A stretch of DNA of 64,000 nt from Octopus sinensis (GCF_006345805.1 NC_043003.1:105772001-105836000), one strand, 5' to 3'; positions 1 to 12,394 are shown, counted from the first letter of the stretch. Notes: a model not told the origin generated them from the letters alone. Numbers and translations: made by a program.

Positions 1-280
1 TTAATTCTGTCTCACCCATGCAAGCAAGGAAAATAGAATATTAAATGATGATGATTATAATGACAACGGCTGCTGCTGCTGCTATTAATATCTTCTTTTA
101 ATTTTGTTTCTATTTCTTGCCAAGCGTCTCCCCAACACCTAGGGCAAAGAAACTCATTGTATACAGTGGTAAGCCATTAAGATAAGCACACCAAATTGTT
201 TATTTACAAAGTCATGTGACAGAAAAAAAGGGAAGAAAGACAGGAAAGAAAAATGAAAAATGAAAAAAAGAAAAAAAAAT

Positions 281-518
281 TCCCAGTGACAATGTTCTTC
301 TCAATATGTGTGACGTAGCAGTTAAGGCAATCTTTTGCACTCCCTGCATGGATGGTAAGCCAGGGATGATCCTCAAATAATTTTCAGTTCCTTTTTCAAT
401 CATTCCATCATTCCAAGTGCTCTTGCAATCTCTGGTATTGTAACCGTCTTGAGATGCCACATCTTTTCGATTTCAATCAGCAAATCTTTATATTTTCTAA
501 GCTTACCAAATACTTTGG
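281..518 (-). mobile_element. R4/Dong-type RLE non-LTR retrotransposon, C-terminal fragment (frameshifted)
   Basis: Minus-strand translation KLRKYKDLLIEIEKMWHLKTVTIPEIARALGM / IEKGTENYLRIIPGLPSMQGVQKIALTATSHILRRTL fits the RLE C-terminus pattern (K..KY.DL..EI...W...V.P...GALG; LQK..L..T..ILR). A short gaatgat duplication shifts the frame. Confidence 0.65.
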
Positions 519-524
519 TTGAGA

Positions 525-856
525 TATAATTGTTGCTGAGACCTCCTTTGGTCATAACTGACCGTGGGATTGCGCCTAGAAAGTTACCCTCCCAGGCACA
601 AGTCCGGGCAAGGTTGTTTATGGAAGACCAGCAGTCACCCATGCACACCAGCCTCCCCTTTCCATGCCACCAGTGTTATCCAAGGGAAAGGCAAAGGCCA
701 ATACAGCTTGGCACCAGTGACTTCGCAACTCATTTCTACAGCTAAGTGAACTGGAGCAACGTGAAATAAGGTGTCTTGCTCATGAACCCAACATGCAGTC
801 CGGTCTCTGATTCGAACTCACAACCTCACGATCATAAGCTCGACGCTCTAACCACT
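525..856 (-). mobile_element. tRNA-derived SINE (family E)
   Basis: Minus strand begins with a tRNA-like head (GGCTCAGTGGTTAGAGC ... GAGTTCGAATC). The body is homologous to the split copy at 31075-31835 and the partial copy at ~22600-22782. Confidence 0.75.
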
Positions 857-1190
857 GAGCCATGCTCTTTCACAGATATAATTATTATTATGATGATATC
901 AGTGATGATGATCACCACCACCACCACCACCATCATCATTATCATGATCATCATCATCATGATTATTATTATTTGGCTTTGAGAACTCGGTCATCAAGAT
1001 ATGCAAACAACATTACTGATTTTACATTAAAATAATAAACATAAAAGGGAATTACTTTTAAGACAGGGTAAAATCAACATGGCTGTGGAATGGGGGATGT
1101 TGGTATATGAGCGTGTATATTTAATGACATTAATATTTCCTTTGGTTAGCTTCTATCTCATTTTAATTGTGTTTTAATCTTATATTCTAG

Positions 1191-2135
1191 GCTCAAATAT
1201 CTGCAGGTATTGGTGATGCTGGAATACAGACTATGAACTTTTCACACCGACGTAAGCCAGCATTTGTCACCCGTGTAAGTAACGAAGAATATGAAATTAT
1301 GCAAAACAATTTTGAATCTCAAACAGCTCCAGACCAAGATGATGGAGGTTTCTCTTTGTCAAGTCTAACTTCAGCTCATCATTCCTCGTTAATGAAGTCA
1401 GAACCAAAAGACTTTGATGAATTTGAAGCAATTACTCATGAACTAGAAGCAATTGCTCATCCAAATATTAACCAAGTCATGAGCTCAGAAAATCTAATGG
1501 TCCGCCAGGTGGATCCCCTTGATCAAGATGAGAATGACCAACCCAAATCTCTAGAAGATTCTCTAGTCATACACCTCGATGGCACAACTCATTCAGAAGT
1601 ACTCCGTGATGTGCATTCCAGTACTGAGCCTGATGTTGGCGTTATGTGTGCAGTGAGCACAACAGACATGCACCATGCTCAAGCGGGAGATGATGGTGAT
1701 AGCATAACAAGTGAAAGCAACAATTCAAACTGTGAGCAAAGCTTAACAAGCCGTGCTCCGAAAAGATCAATTCTTGGTCACCATTCAGTTAAAACATCTA
1801 AGTCACTCAATTCCCAAACACATCTTAACAGACACCGATCATTACTTCCCAACAGAACTACATCAGTGTCGACAAGTTGTTCTTCATCTTATGCACGGAT
1901 TAACACCCGAGTGTGTCTGGTGGACTTCTCCACTGATGAGCTCATCACTCACCTCATGTCTCGTGATGATGTCTATCGGTGCGACTTCTGCTGTTTGCTA
2001 TTCCAAGATGCAGCAATGTATCATCTTCATCGAAGCATGCATGACAAAATGGACTGTCGTTGTTGTAATATCTGTGGCAAGCTTTCTAAAGACAAGCATG
2101 ACTTCATTGCACATTTCCTTACTGAACATAAGTAA
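1191..2135 (+). CDS. Terminal coding exon of a C2H2 zinc-finger protein with an Ikaros/Hunchback-type C-terminal finger pair
   Basis: Acceptor tattctAG at 1189-1190 (alternative ctgcAG at 1205-1206). The frame is open from AQISAGIGDAGIQTM through a low-complexity Ser/Asp-rich region to YRCDFCCLLFQDAAMYHLHRSMH-DKMDCRC-CNICGKLSKDKHDFIAHFLTEHK*, stop TAA 2133-2135. Upstream exons lie outside the window. Confidence 0.85.
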   Translation, partial: AQISAGIGDAGIQTMNFSHRRKPAFVTRVSNEEYEIMQNNFESQTAPDQDDGGFSLSSLTSAHHSSLMKSEPKDFDEFEAITHELEAIAHPNINQVMSSENLMVRQVDPLDQDENDQPKSLEDSLVIHLDGTTHSEVLRDVHSSTEPDVGVMCAVSTTDMHHAQAGDDGDSITSESNNSNCEQSLTSRAPKRSILGHHSVKTSKSLNSQTHLNRHRSLLPNRTTSVSTSCSSSYARINTRVCLVDFSTDELITHLMSRDDVYRCDFCCLLFQDAAMYHLHRSMHDKMDCRCCNICGKLSKDKHDFIAHFLTEHK

Positions 2136-2588
2136 GAGATCATTTCTGTCAATCATTTCATCAAGAATGGCATCACCAATCATGTTCAGAATCATTTGTA
2201 TCTGTATATTCATGTTTCCAATAGTTTTCCAAATCTAAATTCAGGATTTCTAAAATTAAAACAATACTTTTTTTTTTAAATTTAATATCCTCTCTCTCTC
2301 TTATTTCAAATCTAATAGAAATTTGTTTGATTTTTCAATGTCTGTATTTGTAAGGTCGTTTATCTTTATGAAGTCTTCTATATGTATTATACATGTCTGT
2401 TTTCTCCTGATGCAGGGGATGAAATAACAGAGTGGATGAGGAATATCAGCTCTTGGGTGATAAGTCTTGTATAATACACAGGCCTTGTTATTAATGATAG
2501 ACAAGTGTTGTATCCAAGGAAAAATTTGCTTCTTGTGTGCTAGAAAACCAGGGTTAAAAAAACCCCTATGAATAGTGTTTAAGAAGGG

Positions 2589-2626
2589 AATAAAGTGACT
2601 GATATGATATACACTGTCTAAATAAA
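2589..2626 (+). terminator. Candidate polyadenylation signals of the zinc-finger gene
   Basis: AATAAA at 2589-2594 and 2621-2626, ~460-490 nt after the stop. Motif only, in AT-rich DNA. Confidence 0.3.
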
Positions 2627-4473
2627 TATGTTTGAATTTATAACAACTTATTGTCTGAGAGCAGATGATTTTGAAAATGATAAATCAGAGAACTATCCAT
2701 CATAGATCTTAAGTTTAGTTATCATAAAATGGGAACAAACAGAGAATTTTTTGTTTTGGTATATATTTTTATAAATTCATGTGTTCATGAACATACATAC
2801 ACACACAATCTAATTTACACAAACACACACACTTCAAGTTTAAAAATTACAAATGTCACTTAGTGACTCACCTCAATTTAGTTTCTCACTAAATACCTTA
2901 CATTTATTCTTGTTTAAGTGCTTCAATATTTTTATCTTTTTTTGTTGTTGTTGATACAAAGGAAGATAATGCAAAAATTTTTTCAAAAATTTTGTGATTT
3001 TTCTTCTGAAAATTGTTAGGTAATGAAAACATGAAACTTTATAGTCTGTGGTATCAGCTAGAGAATCCACCTTGCAAAATTTTAAGACCCAAAAGAGTTG
3101 ACTGCCTCAGTTAAAAATGATTCCAGCTGTGACTCCTAGGAACTCGTACCACTGTCCTGGGAATTCACTGAGACTCATATTGTTTTATTCACCAATTATA
3201 TTGTTGGTAACTTTTCAGTCATAATTATTGAAACAAATAATTTATTTTGAGGTAACACAACCACTTACTGTGTTACAAAGCAAACATAAATGTATTTTTT
3301 TAAATATAAATTTTAATGTCACAAGATATTCTAGCACATTCAAGTTGTCTTGTTTGTGATAAGCTATTTTCTTCTGAAGGTGGCAGGGTATTTTTTTTTC
3401 AAATTATGAAAACATAAGAATAAGGATAAATATTTACTTATATTCCTTACATTATACTGCATGATACATAAATTAATTGTTTCACATTTTGTGATCAGGG
3501 TGTTCCTCAATAACTGACCGACCATATTAACTCCATATACAGAGAGAAGTGATGTTCATGCTTTTCTCATAGGCATACATAGAATAAATCAAATAACCAC
3601 AGCTAAGAATCAAACATGGATCGTATTCTTGGTTTTACCAAGAGCTAACTACTTATGTTACACCATGTGGCATATAAATGCATACTGAGTACATTACTCT
3701 TTGTTTCTCACAAAAGCTACATGGTAACTGACCTCAGCTCTAATCCCTTTGCTTGTTCCTTCTTACCCCCAGAACATCAGCCCTTTGGAATCCCCTATCC
3801 ACTCATATTTTTTTCTTACAGTTATTGACTTAGAGATATTCAAGCTTAACATTAATTGTCCCGAATCTCACTGGTGTCAGAGAGCCTGCAAAGGTCTTTG
3901 GCCCATCCCTTACTCTTAATTAAACCATTAGAAAGAGAAAAATGGTAACATGGGGGTTTGGTTCCCTACAAAAACGAATCTTCTCCATGCCATTCCTAAA
4001 GGGGATGAAGGATAGATCCATTGACAAGGATAGATCATGTATTCTTTTAATACATCTCTACCTTTTCCTGCAGAGAATATACTCATCTGCACCATTTGTC
4101 AGGATCAGGCACCTTCATGTTTTTACTATTTACTGGTAGATTTGGTAAATCCATATAGAAAAATATATAGACATGCATCACGATAATGTTTACACATGCA
4201 ATAGTCAGTGCACTGTGGGTGGTTGCAATAAAAGCAGAACCTTCAACTAATCACTGACCTGGGTTATCTTAGATCAATTCACGATAACCATAACATGGCT
4301 CACAATTGAAGATACTGTGCTCTCCCAGATCAATAATGCATGCATCAGTGATAAACAAAGCTATATGTACCAATATTAGATATGGCTAGTTCATTGCTTA
4401 TTTGACCTTTGAAAATTACTTTGGTCATAAAGCTTTATAAGCAGGAAATAATGCTTGTTGTAACTATTGGTGC

Positions 4474-4880
4474 CATCATCATCATCATTATCATCGTTTA
4501 ATGTCCATTTTCCATGCTGGCATGGGTTGGACGCTTTGACTGAGGTCTAGTGAGCCAGTGACTGTACCAAGCTCCAATCTGATCTGGCAATGTTTCTACA
4601 GCTGGATGCCCTTCCTAACGCCAACCACTCTAAGAGTGTAGTGGGTGCTTTTTACGTGCCACTGACACAGGAGCCAGTCAGGTGGGCCTGGCATTGATCA
4701 TGTTCAGATGGTGCATTTTACGTGCCACCAGCATGGGAGTCAGTCAGGTGCACCTGGCATGGACCACGTTCAGATGATGCTTTTTACGTGCCACCAGCAT
4801 GGGAGCCAGTCTGGGGGTACTGGCATCGGCCACATTCTGTTGGTGCTTTTTATGTGCCACTGGCACGGGAGCCAGTCAAA
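4474..4880 (-). mobile_element. RTE LINE 3'-UTR fragment with (GAT)n tail
   Basis: catcat tail plus the conserved gtttaa.gtcc..tttccatgc..gcatgggttgga...ctggatgcccttcctaa block and 4 internal ~55-bp subrepeats. The family links to RTE ORF2 through copies at 5722-6150 and 46790-49640. Confidence 0.7.
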
Positions 4881-4950
4881 TGGACCTTGCTATACAAAAT
4901 CTTAACTCCAGAAAGTAATAGTTATGAAGTTTTAATATAAGAGAGTAGGT

Positions 4951-5385
4951 AGGCGGAGAGCTGGCAGAATTGTTAGCACACTGGACAAAATGCTTAGAGG
5001 CATTGCGTCCGTCTTTAGATTCTGAGTTCAAATTCTACCAAAGTTGACTTTGCCTGTCATCCTTTTGGGGTCAATAAAACTAAGTACCAGTAGAATACTG
5101 GGGCCAATGTTATCAACTTGCCCTCTTTCTTGAACTTGCTGATCTTGTGCCAAAATTTGAAACCAGTATTAGAAAGGCAGTGAGCTGACAGAATCATGAG
5201 CACACCAGGCAAATCACTTAGCAGTATTCTGTCTATCTTTATGTTCTGAGTTCAAATTCTGCTGAGGTTGACTCTGCCTTTTATCCTTTGAGAGTTGATG
5301 AAAAAAGTACCTGTCAAGCACTGGGGTCATTGTAATCAACTTATCCCCGCCAACCCTGAAGTTGCTGGCCTAGTGCCAATATTAG
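4951..5385 (+). mobile_element. Two head-to-tail tRNA-derived SINEs (family A)
   Basis: Heads ggcggagagctggcagaa (4951) and ggcagtgagctgacagaa (~5175), B-box-like GAGTTCAAATTC, and core gactttgcctttcatcctttnggggtcgataaa..aagtaccag. Confidence 0.75.
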
Positions 5386-5721
5386 ATAATAGTAGCGGTT
5401 ATAAAGTTAGGATAAGGTGATCTCTACTATTTCCATTCCATGAACTATTTTCATTCCTTGATGTGATGGGTAATAAAGGTAACATATTCTACTTCATATA
5501 TGAGGTACCTACTGCCGTCCATGAAATATAGGCTGTCCACCCAGTTTACAATCTCGCAAGAACATGATGATCTCCTCACATTTAGGCAGTTGGCATAATA
5601 TTGGAGCAACTGTTTTCACAAATGAATACCAAAGCTACTGCTAACCAGTAGTCAATTAAAAATCCAAAGTTACTAATCTGGCAAATTGAAGTATACATGC
5701 TTTGCCCTAGAACAACACATC

Positions 5722-6150
5722 ATCATCATCCTCATCATCATCATCATCATCATTTAGTGTCCATTGTCCATGCTGGCATGGGTTGGATGGTTTGACCAGG
5801 GCTGGTAAGCTGGAAGGCTACACCAGATCCCAGTCTAACTTGGCATGATTTCTATGGCTGGATGCCCTTCCTAATGCCAACTACTCCAAGAGTGTAATGG
5901 GTGCTTTTTTTGTGCCATTTGTGTGACACTGATATCTACCACGGCTGCGATATTTACTTGGCTTGATGGGTCTTCTTCTCAAGCACGACATAATGCCAAA
6001 GGTCTTGGTTGTTGCCTCCGCGAGGCCCAACACTCAGAAGGAACTTTTCATGTGCCACTTTGACTCAGTGAGGCCCAATGCCCGAAAGGTGCTTTTTACA
6101 TGCCACCAGCACAGGTGCCAGTTATGTGATATCAGCATCAGCCACGCCTA
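5722..6150 (-). mobile_element. RTE LINE 3' end (UTR plus end of ORF2)
   Basis: Same tail and UTR as 4474-4880. It continues into gcctccgcgaggcccaacactcagaagg, homologous to the ORF2 end at 47460-47490. Confidence 0.7.
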
Positions 6151-6855
6151 CGATTTCACAATGATTTAATAAAGTCTAATTGATTTAATAAAGTCTAATT
6201 GATGAAGATGAACAAATTCTAAGTTTTCTATTTGAGTGCTGAAATATAATTTTACAAATTTACCGAACTTGTTTCTTTATACTTTAATAATAATTTGAAA
6301 GCATAGCTGTATGGTTAAAAAGTCTGCTTCATAATCATGTGGTTTCAAGTTCAATTCCTCTGTATGGTATCTTGGACAGTTGTCTTCTACTACAGCTGTA
6401 TAATATGTATGTGTGCATAGTTACCTGTATGGTTTTATATTGGCACCTGTTGAGCAGTGAAGTGTGTTTATGTCTTGCATAAACAAAGTTTAGCACCTTG
6501 ACCATTTGATACAGGAAAATGTGGAGTTAAGTACTTAAGTTAAAAAATTAGGGTTGGTGTTTGGAAGGATGTCCAGACATTAGCCTCATACCAGCATGGA
6601 AAATATGGATGTATAAATGGTGATGTTTAATATTTAAAATCTGGTTATTGATGTATAATTGTATGGAAGTCCTGTTTCATTTTTATTAATTTAGGTGGGC
6701 TTTATTCCTTTATTTTTATTGGCTTGAGACACGAGGGTTCTGAAGTTAAGATGTTAAAGTTGGACTAGGTACCTATGACTATTTAGTTTGATATTTGATA
6801 CTCCCTTTATTGATGGATTGATAAAATAAGTCTTATTAATTTTCTCGGGTCCAGT

Positions 6856-7540
6856 TAGTGAGCTGGCAGAACCTTTAGCAGACTGGACCAAATGCTTAGC
6901 AGCATTTCTTCTGAATCTTCATGATCTGAGTTCAAATTTCACGGAGGTTGACTTTTACCTTCTATCCTTTCAAGTTTGATAAAAGAAAGTACCAGTGAAG
7001 TACTGGGGTCAATGAAATTGACTGTCCCCTTCCCTCCAAATTTCAGGCCTTGTGCTTCTAGTAGAAGGGCTCGTTATTTGTTGTTAAGGGTGGCGAGCTG
7101 GCAGAAATGTTAGCATGCTGGGCAAAATGCTTAGCGATATTTCGTCTGTCTTTACGTTCTGAGTTCAAATTCCGCCAAGGTTGACTTTGCCTTTCATCCT
7201 TTTGGGGGTCAATAAATTAAGTACCAGTTATGTACTGTGGTCGATCTAATCGACTGCCCTCCCTTCCCCAAAATTTCGGGCCTTGTGCCTAAAGTAGAAA
7301 AGATCATTATTGTTGTTATTAAGGTGGCAAGCAGGCAAAATTGGTAACACACGAGATAAAAATGCTTAGCGGCATTTCTTTCAGCTTTACATTCTGAGTT
7401 CAAATTCCACTGAGGTTGGTTTGCCCTTCATCCTTTCAGGATTAATAAGAAAGTACCAGCCAAATACACTTGGGTGGGGTCTATGTAATAAAGTACCCCC
7501 CTCACTTCCCTTTCAAAATTGTTGGCATTGTGCCATAATT
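6856..7540 (+). mobile_element. Three head-to-tail family A SINEs
   Basis: Heads at ~6856, 7087 and 7321, each followed by GAGTTCAAATT and the gactttgcctttcatcc core. Confidence 0.75.
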
Positions 7541-7880
7541 AGAAAGTATTTATTAGCAGGGTTTAGCAAGTTAGAAGAGTATTTATCTCAGTCTCAGTTT
7601 TGATATTCTTAAAGGTTTCCAACTAATCTTCTCCCTAAACATTCCAACAAAAAAAAAGTGAACTCAAATTTGCAGACTGATTGATTCACTCTTTAACTCT
7701 TTAGCATTTAAACCAACCACATGACACCCAAATATTTTACCTATTTTAATGTTCAAACCAGCCAGATCCAGCCTCTCACACTTACCCTACAATGTCATTC
7801 TAAAAATAATCACATCGTCAAAATCTTGAAGCTATGACATAATACGCGATTAATTCCAAACTGTGAATAAATAAGCATTA

Positions 7881-8246
7881 ATAAATCTCCGAACGAGATG
7901 TAAACAGTAACCGCTCGACAACGTAAAGTGTACTAGTCATTTGAATGTGGCTAGCCACTGGGGGTGGGTGTTACTGAGGCTTATAGCCCCAGGAGATCAT
8001 TGTCTCCAGCTGGCTTTAGACACACTTCCTGTGCTCTTCTGATATTCGCAAAGGGAGGTCATCCCCTCTCAAAAGCCTAAGTGATACATGCGGACTATAG
8101 TTTCGAGGTATTTGCCTCTCGTCAACGTAGGGCACAGAAAGTGTGTCTAAAGCCAGCTGGAGACGATGATCTCCTGGGGCTATAAGCTTCAGTAACACCC
8201 ACCCCCAGTGGCTAGCCACATTCAGATGGCTAGTACACTTTACGTT
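7881..8246 (-). mobile_element. Fold-back Penelope/retrozyme-like element with a central hammerhead motif
   Basis: Inverted arms 7918-8036 / 8130-8248. Flanking ~18-bp direct duplication GTGAATAAAT(A/G)AG(CA/TG)TTA at 7863-7880 and 8247-8264 (15/18 identical). Confidence 0.6.
8087..8131 (-). ncRNA. Minimal type I hammerhead ribozyme motif (family 1)
   Basis: Minus strand CCTACG-TTGACGA-GAGG caaata CCTC-GAAA-CTATAG-TC-CGCATG. Palindromic helix III (ACTATAGT), GUC cleavage triplet, helix I partly decayed. Confidence 0.6.
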
Positions 8247-9853
8247 GTGAATAAATGAGTGTTACATTTAACTGAGTAATCAGAATTACTAAAAGAGTTA
8301 TAACAGGTTTTTGAATTTGATTTATTGTTCTTTATATTTATTTGAATCCTGCTGATTTATGTATTCAATGTCGGTACTGACCAAGTTGTCTCAATGATTG
8401 CAATTAGTTTTTATTATTATGGCAGACTCGTTAGCGTGCCGGGCATAATGCCTGGCGACATTTTGTCTGTCTTAACATTCTGATTTCAAATGCTGCTGGG
8501 GTTGACTTTGCTTTTCGTCCTTTTGGGGTTGGTAATGTAAGCACTGGGGTTGAAGAAATTGGTTTACCCACTCCCTGACCCCTGAACTTGCTGGCCTTGT
8601 GCAAAAATTTGAAATTATTATTATTTTTTTTTTTTCAAGCATTTGTTTTTCTTTGTAAATTCCTTCAGAAGCTGAACTTTTTGTGACTTATCCTTACATA
8701 ATTTAATTGTTATTATTATTATTATTATTATTTGATTAAGGCCCACTATTTTTACCCCTTCAACCCATCAATTGCACTCCCCTTTTGTGCTCCTTTTTCA
8801 GAACCACTGCATTAAAAAGTGTCAACAATTTCATATCTGAACTATGACCACAGCCTTATTGATGAATGAATCACTGATATTGCAGAAACATCTCTTACAA
8901 TGATTTTTAAAGACTTTTTTTTTTTCTAAAACCCATTTTGTCATTTCTCAATAATACTCTAAACATATTCGATGCCATCTTTCATAGTTTGGTTCTGTTT
9001 TATTGAACCACTTTCAAACTGTGAAGAAGCATTTTTCTTTTCTTTTTTTTTCTCTTTCTTCATTTGGTGAGTATTCTTAACGGGTACTTTTCAAAAACTA
9101 AAGAAACTCACCCCATACTGACTGGATGGACACACAAACACCCAAGCTTTCTGTCTCACTTAAATTCCATTAAATTCTATATTACTGTTACCTAGTTTCT
9201 CTTCCATTTCTTTCTCAATTTCTATTGTTTTGTTTTCTCTATATAACATTCCTTCCATGATATTTTTTTTCTCTGTCAGCAGTTTCTCAGCCTTCAAAGT
9301 GAACATATCATTTAAAAAAATCATTTTTGTACATCTTTTTATTTTCATTTCATTTTTCTACCATAGTCTTCATTTTGTTGTCAACCTTATTTTTTTCAAT
9401 AATATTGTGAGTGGATTTGATAGATGGAAACTGAAAGAAGCCTGTTGTATCTCACCCTACATGTGTGTGGACTTGTTTTGACATCACATGACAGTTGTAA
9501 ATGAGTGCCTTACAAGTGGTGTCATTCCTTTATTTCTTTTAGTCATTGGATTGTGGCCATGCTGGGGCTGCAGTCCAATTACTAAAACAGATAAAAGATA
9601 TATCGGAGAAAGGTTAATCTAAAGCTATTTCTGATTGAAAACATTAAATTTTAAAAGATAACTTTTAAAATCTAATAACATACGACAATCTATTTTTGTA
9701 AATTATTACTGTTATCAGTTTATATTTCAGAATCAAGAGTTTTGTTTTCATTAGAACTCATAAATGGATGAGTGCCAAACTACATGATACCCTCAGCAAG
9801 TTTCTTCAGCTGTAGACTTGGGTTGACCAATACTTTTTGAGTGAAAATTAGCA

Positions 9854-10023
9854 GGCGTAGGAGTGGCTGTGTGGTAAGTAGCTTGCTTATGAACCACATG
9901 GTTGCTGGTTCAGTCCCACTGCATGGCACCTTAGGCAAGTGTCTTCTAGTATAGCCTCAGGCCAACCAAAGCCCCTGTGAGTGGATTTGGTAGACGGAAA
10001 CTGAAAGAAGCCCATCATATATA

Positions 10024-10064
<41 letters not shown>

Positions 10065-10262
10065 GTTTGTCCCCCCAACATCGCTTGACAACCGATGCTG
10101 GTGTGTTTACGTCCCCATAACTTAGCAGTTCAGCAAAAGAGACCAATAGAATAAGTACTAGGCTTACAAAGTATAAGTCCTGGGGTCGATTTGCTCAACT
10201 AAAGGTGGTGCTCCAGCATGGCCACAGTCAAATAACTGAAACAAGTAAAAGAGTACAAGAGT
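9854..10262 (+). mobile_element. tRNA-derived SINE with CORE-like block and internal microsatellite (family B)
   Basis: Head gtaggagtggctgtgtggtaag..ggttcagtccc, CORE-like ccttaggcaagtgtcttc block, central (TA)/(TG) tract and (AAAGAGT)n tail. Confidence 0.8.
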
Positions 10263-10287
10263 AGATGAAGACTGCAGCAGCTCATTG

Positions 10288-10344
<57 letters not shown>

Positions 10345-10532
10345 CATCATGATCATAGTTTAATTTCCATCTGGAATGGGTGGGACGGTACCACAAGAGC
10401 CGGTCAGGCCAAAGCCTGCACCAGACTTCTGTGACTGTTTTGGCAGGATTTTTACAAGTGGATGCCCTTCCTAACACCAACCACTCAGCAGAGTGGACTT
10501 GGTGCTTTTTATGTGGCACAAGCACAGGTGAG
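10345..10532 (-). mobile_element. RTE 3'-UTR-related fragment
   Basis: catcatgatcat tail and ggatgcccttcctaacaccaaccac block. Confidence 0.55.
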
Positions 10533-10800
10533 GATATGTGTGTGTAAATACTTAAAAATAAATGTTATTAAATGCTTAAAAAGCAAAGAACATTGACTGA
10601 TTGAAGGGTCTAATGCCCAATACAAGAGATGTGTCTAAATGTGTGTGTGTGTACAAACTCACACACATACAAGGCTATATATTAAAAGCAGCGACTCCTG
10701 GATAATCACTGAAGTCAAACAAAATTGAAACCTAGTAAGTGCTTAGATGGATAACCACTGGGGAAACGTAGGTGCTGTAAGCATCACTGAATCACTGGCA

Positions 10801-11265
10801 TAATAATAATAATAATGAAATTATTGTATACAGTGCTCAGGTGCACCACAACTTGTCAAAAGTGCATATAAAGTATATGCAGTAATGTACAAATGTTTGG
10901 GGAGTGAACAGTGTATGAGTCAGATACATGCTTGCGTGTGTATGGAGGGGAGAAAATCAGGTGTAGTGTTGGCGAATCTCAGAAAGCATGGAAGTTTTGA
11001 AGGATGCAGTGCTCCGACAACTAACAACTGATGCCGGCAGTTTGTTCCATGCTTCAGCAACTCAGCGTGAAAAAATGTTTCCTAAAGTCATGGGAGCTGT
11101 GCTGTTTTCTGACTTTGTAAATATGTCCACGGGTGGAGTTTGTAAGATGGTTGATAATTTTATGGGTGTCTGCCAAGTCAGCTGCCAGACGTCGGAGTTT
11201 CAATGTGTCCATGCCCAGGGAAGTAAGGCGTTCAGAATATGGCAAATGCTTGATGGAGGGTATTC
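10801..11265 (-). mobile_element. 5'-truncated CR1-like LINE 3' end
   Basis: MPYSERLTSLGMDTLKLRRLAADLADTHKIINH...HDFRKHFF with (AAT)n tail at 10801. Near-identical to 14440-14930. Confidence 0.85.
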
Positions 11266-11492
11266 TGGATGCGTGTTAAAGAAATTCCTTTCCTAACCAT
11301 GTGGTTTTGGGTTACAAACCTAGCTGGAGCAAAGCATGGTTGAAATTGAGATCTTGGGGAGAATGCAACTCCTTAATTTGTACACTATAAATAAGTATGA
11401 TATTTGGGACAATAGAAATCTGCAAGACCTGAAGATTAAAAGGATGATGATCAAAACAAGATGTTACCAAGCAGATGGTCAAAATCAACTCC

Positions 11493-11950
11493 TCATCGTC
11501 GTCGTTTAACGTCCGCTTTCCATGCTAGCATGGGTTGGACGATTTGACTGAGGACTGGCAAACCAGATGGCTGCACCAGGCTCCAATCTTGATTTGGCAG
11601 AGTTTCTACAGCTGGATGCCCTTCCTAACACCAACCACTCCGAGAGTGTAGTGGGTGCTTTTACGTGCCACTGGCACGAGGGCCAGTCAGGCGTTACTGG
11701 CAGCGGTCACGGAAAATCGTGTTTTTTTTTTTTATGTGTCACCTGCACACTGGTACAAGTGCCAGTAAGGCAATGCTGGTAATGATCACGTTCGAATGGT
11801 GCTTTTACGTGCCACCGGCACGAACGCCAGTTACCTGCTCTGGCAATGATCACGCTCGGATGGTGCTCTTAGTGCTCCACTAGCATGGATGCTAGTCATC
11901 GAATTTTATTTCGATTCTGATTTCACTTGCCTCAACAGGTCTTTGCAAGC
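11493..11950 (-). mobile_element. RTE LINE 3'-UTR fragment
   Basis: Tail, conserved block and 4 internal subrepeats. Confidence 0.7.
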
Positions 11951-12251
11951 AGTGTCCAATGAAGGGAAAATTAAAAAAAGGAAATAGAAACACATATAAG
12001 AATGCAAGCTTCCTGGAATACATGAATGAATAAGTGCACACATGTATGTATAAATCTGAAAATGTGAGAGTAGATGTGTGTAAAATTTGACTCAGTGGGT
12101 TATTGGACAATATGAAAATATGAAGGATTGGTCAGTATACAAAGCATTTCTAAAAATTATTTCTTAATTTTTATTAGGTTTATTAGCATGAAAATACATA
12201 GTAATTAGATTCAAATGCTATATACAAGTTAATCTACATTTCTTAAAAATA

Positions 12252-12257
12252 TTTATT
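12252..12257 (-). terminator. Candidate poly(A) signal of the minus-strand 274-aa gene
   Basis: AATAAA on the minus strand ~50 nt after the stop codon. Confidence 0.45.
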
Positions 12258-12305
12258 AACCAAACATTTTTGTTGATTTCTTCTTAGTGGTTTCATCATT
12301 TGTCT

Positions 12306-12394
12306 TCAAACTGGTATTGGCACTTCTGAACCAACAGTTTGATATTCAGTGTTGTAGAACTTAGGAACTGCCATGAGGGATGATAGGCTCGCTT
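12306..12394 (-). CDS. Uncharacterized 274-aa protein, exon 6 (terminal)
   Basis: Acceptor ttttgtttttccAG, phase 1: (K)ASLSSLMAVPKFYNTEYQTVGSEVPIPV*, TGA at 12306-12308. Confidence 0.8.

Larger units (their letters stand above)
7697..8297. mobile_element. TTAA-flanked (piggyBac-like) MITE, interrupted by a fold-back insertion
   Basis: TTAA at 7693-7696 followed by CTCTTTAG; the far end is TAAAAGAG-TTAT. The insertion at 7881-8246 splits it. Confidence 0.5.

Noticed and set aside
3850-4140. Possible old LINE RT remnant (ILVNGS...)
   Set aside because: Too degraded to support.
8720-9348. Coiled-coil-like minus-strand exon (AEKLLTEKK...MEEKL)
   Set aside because: Adjacent sequence is full of stops and looks like a decayed transposase (possibly pogo-like); no compatible neighbouring exons were found.
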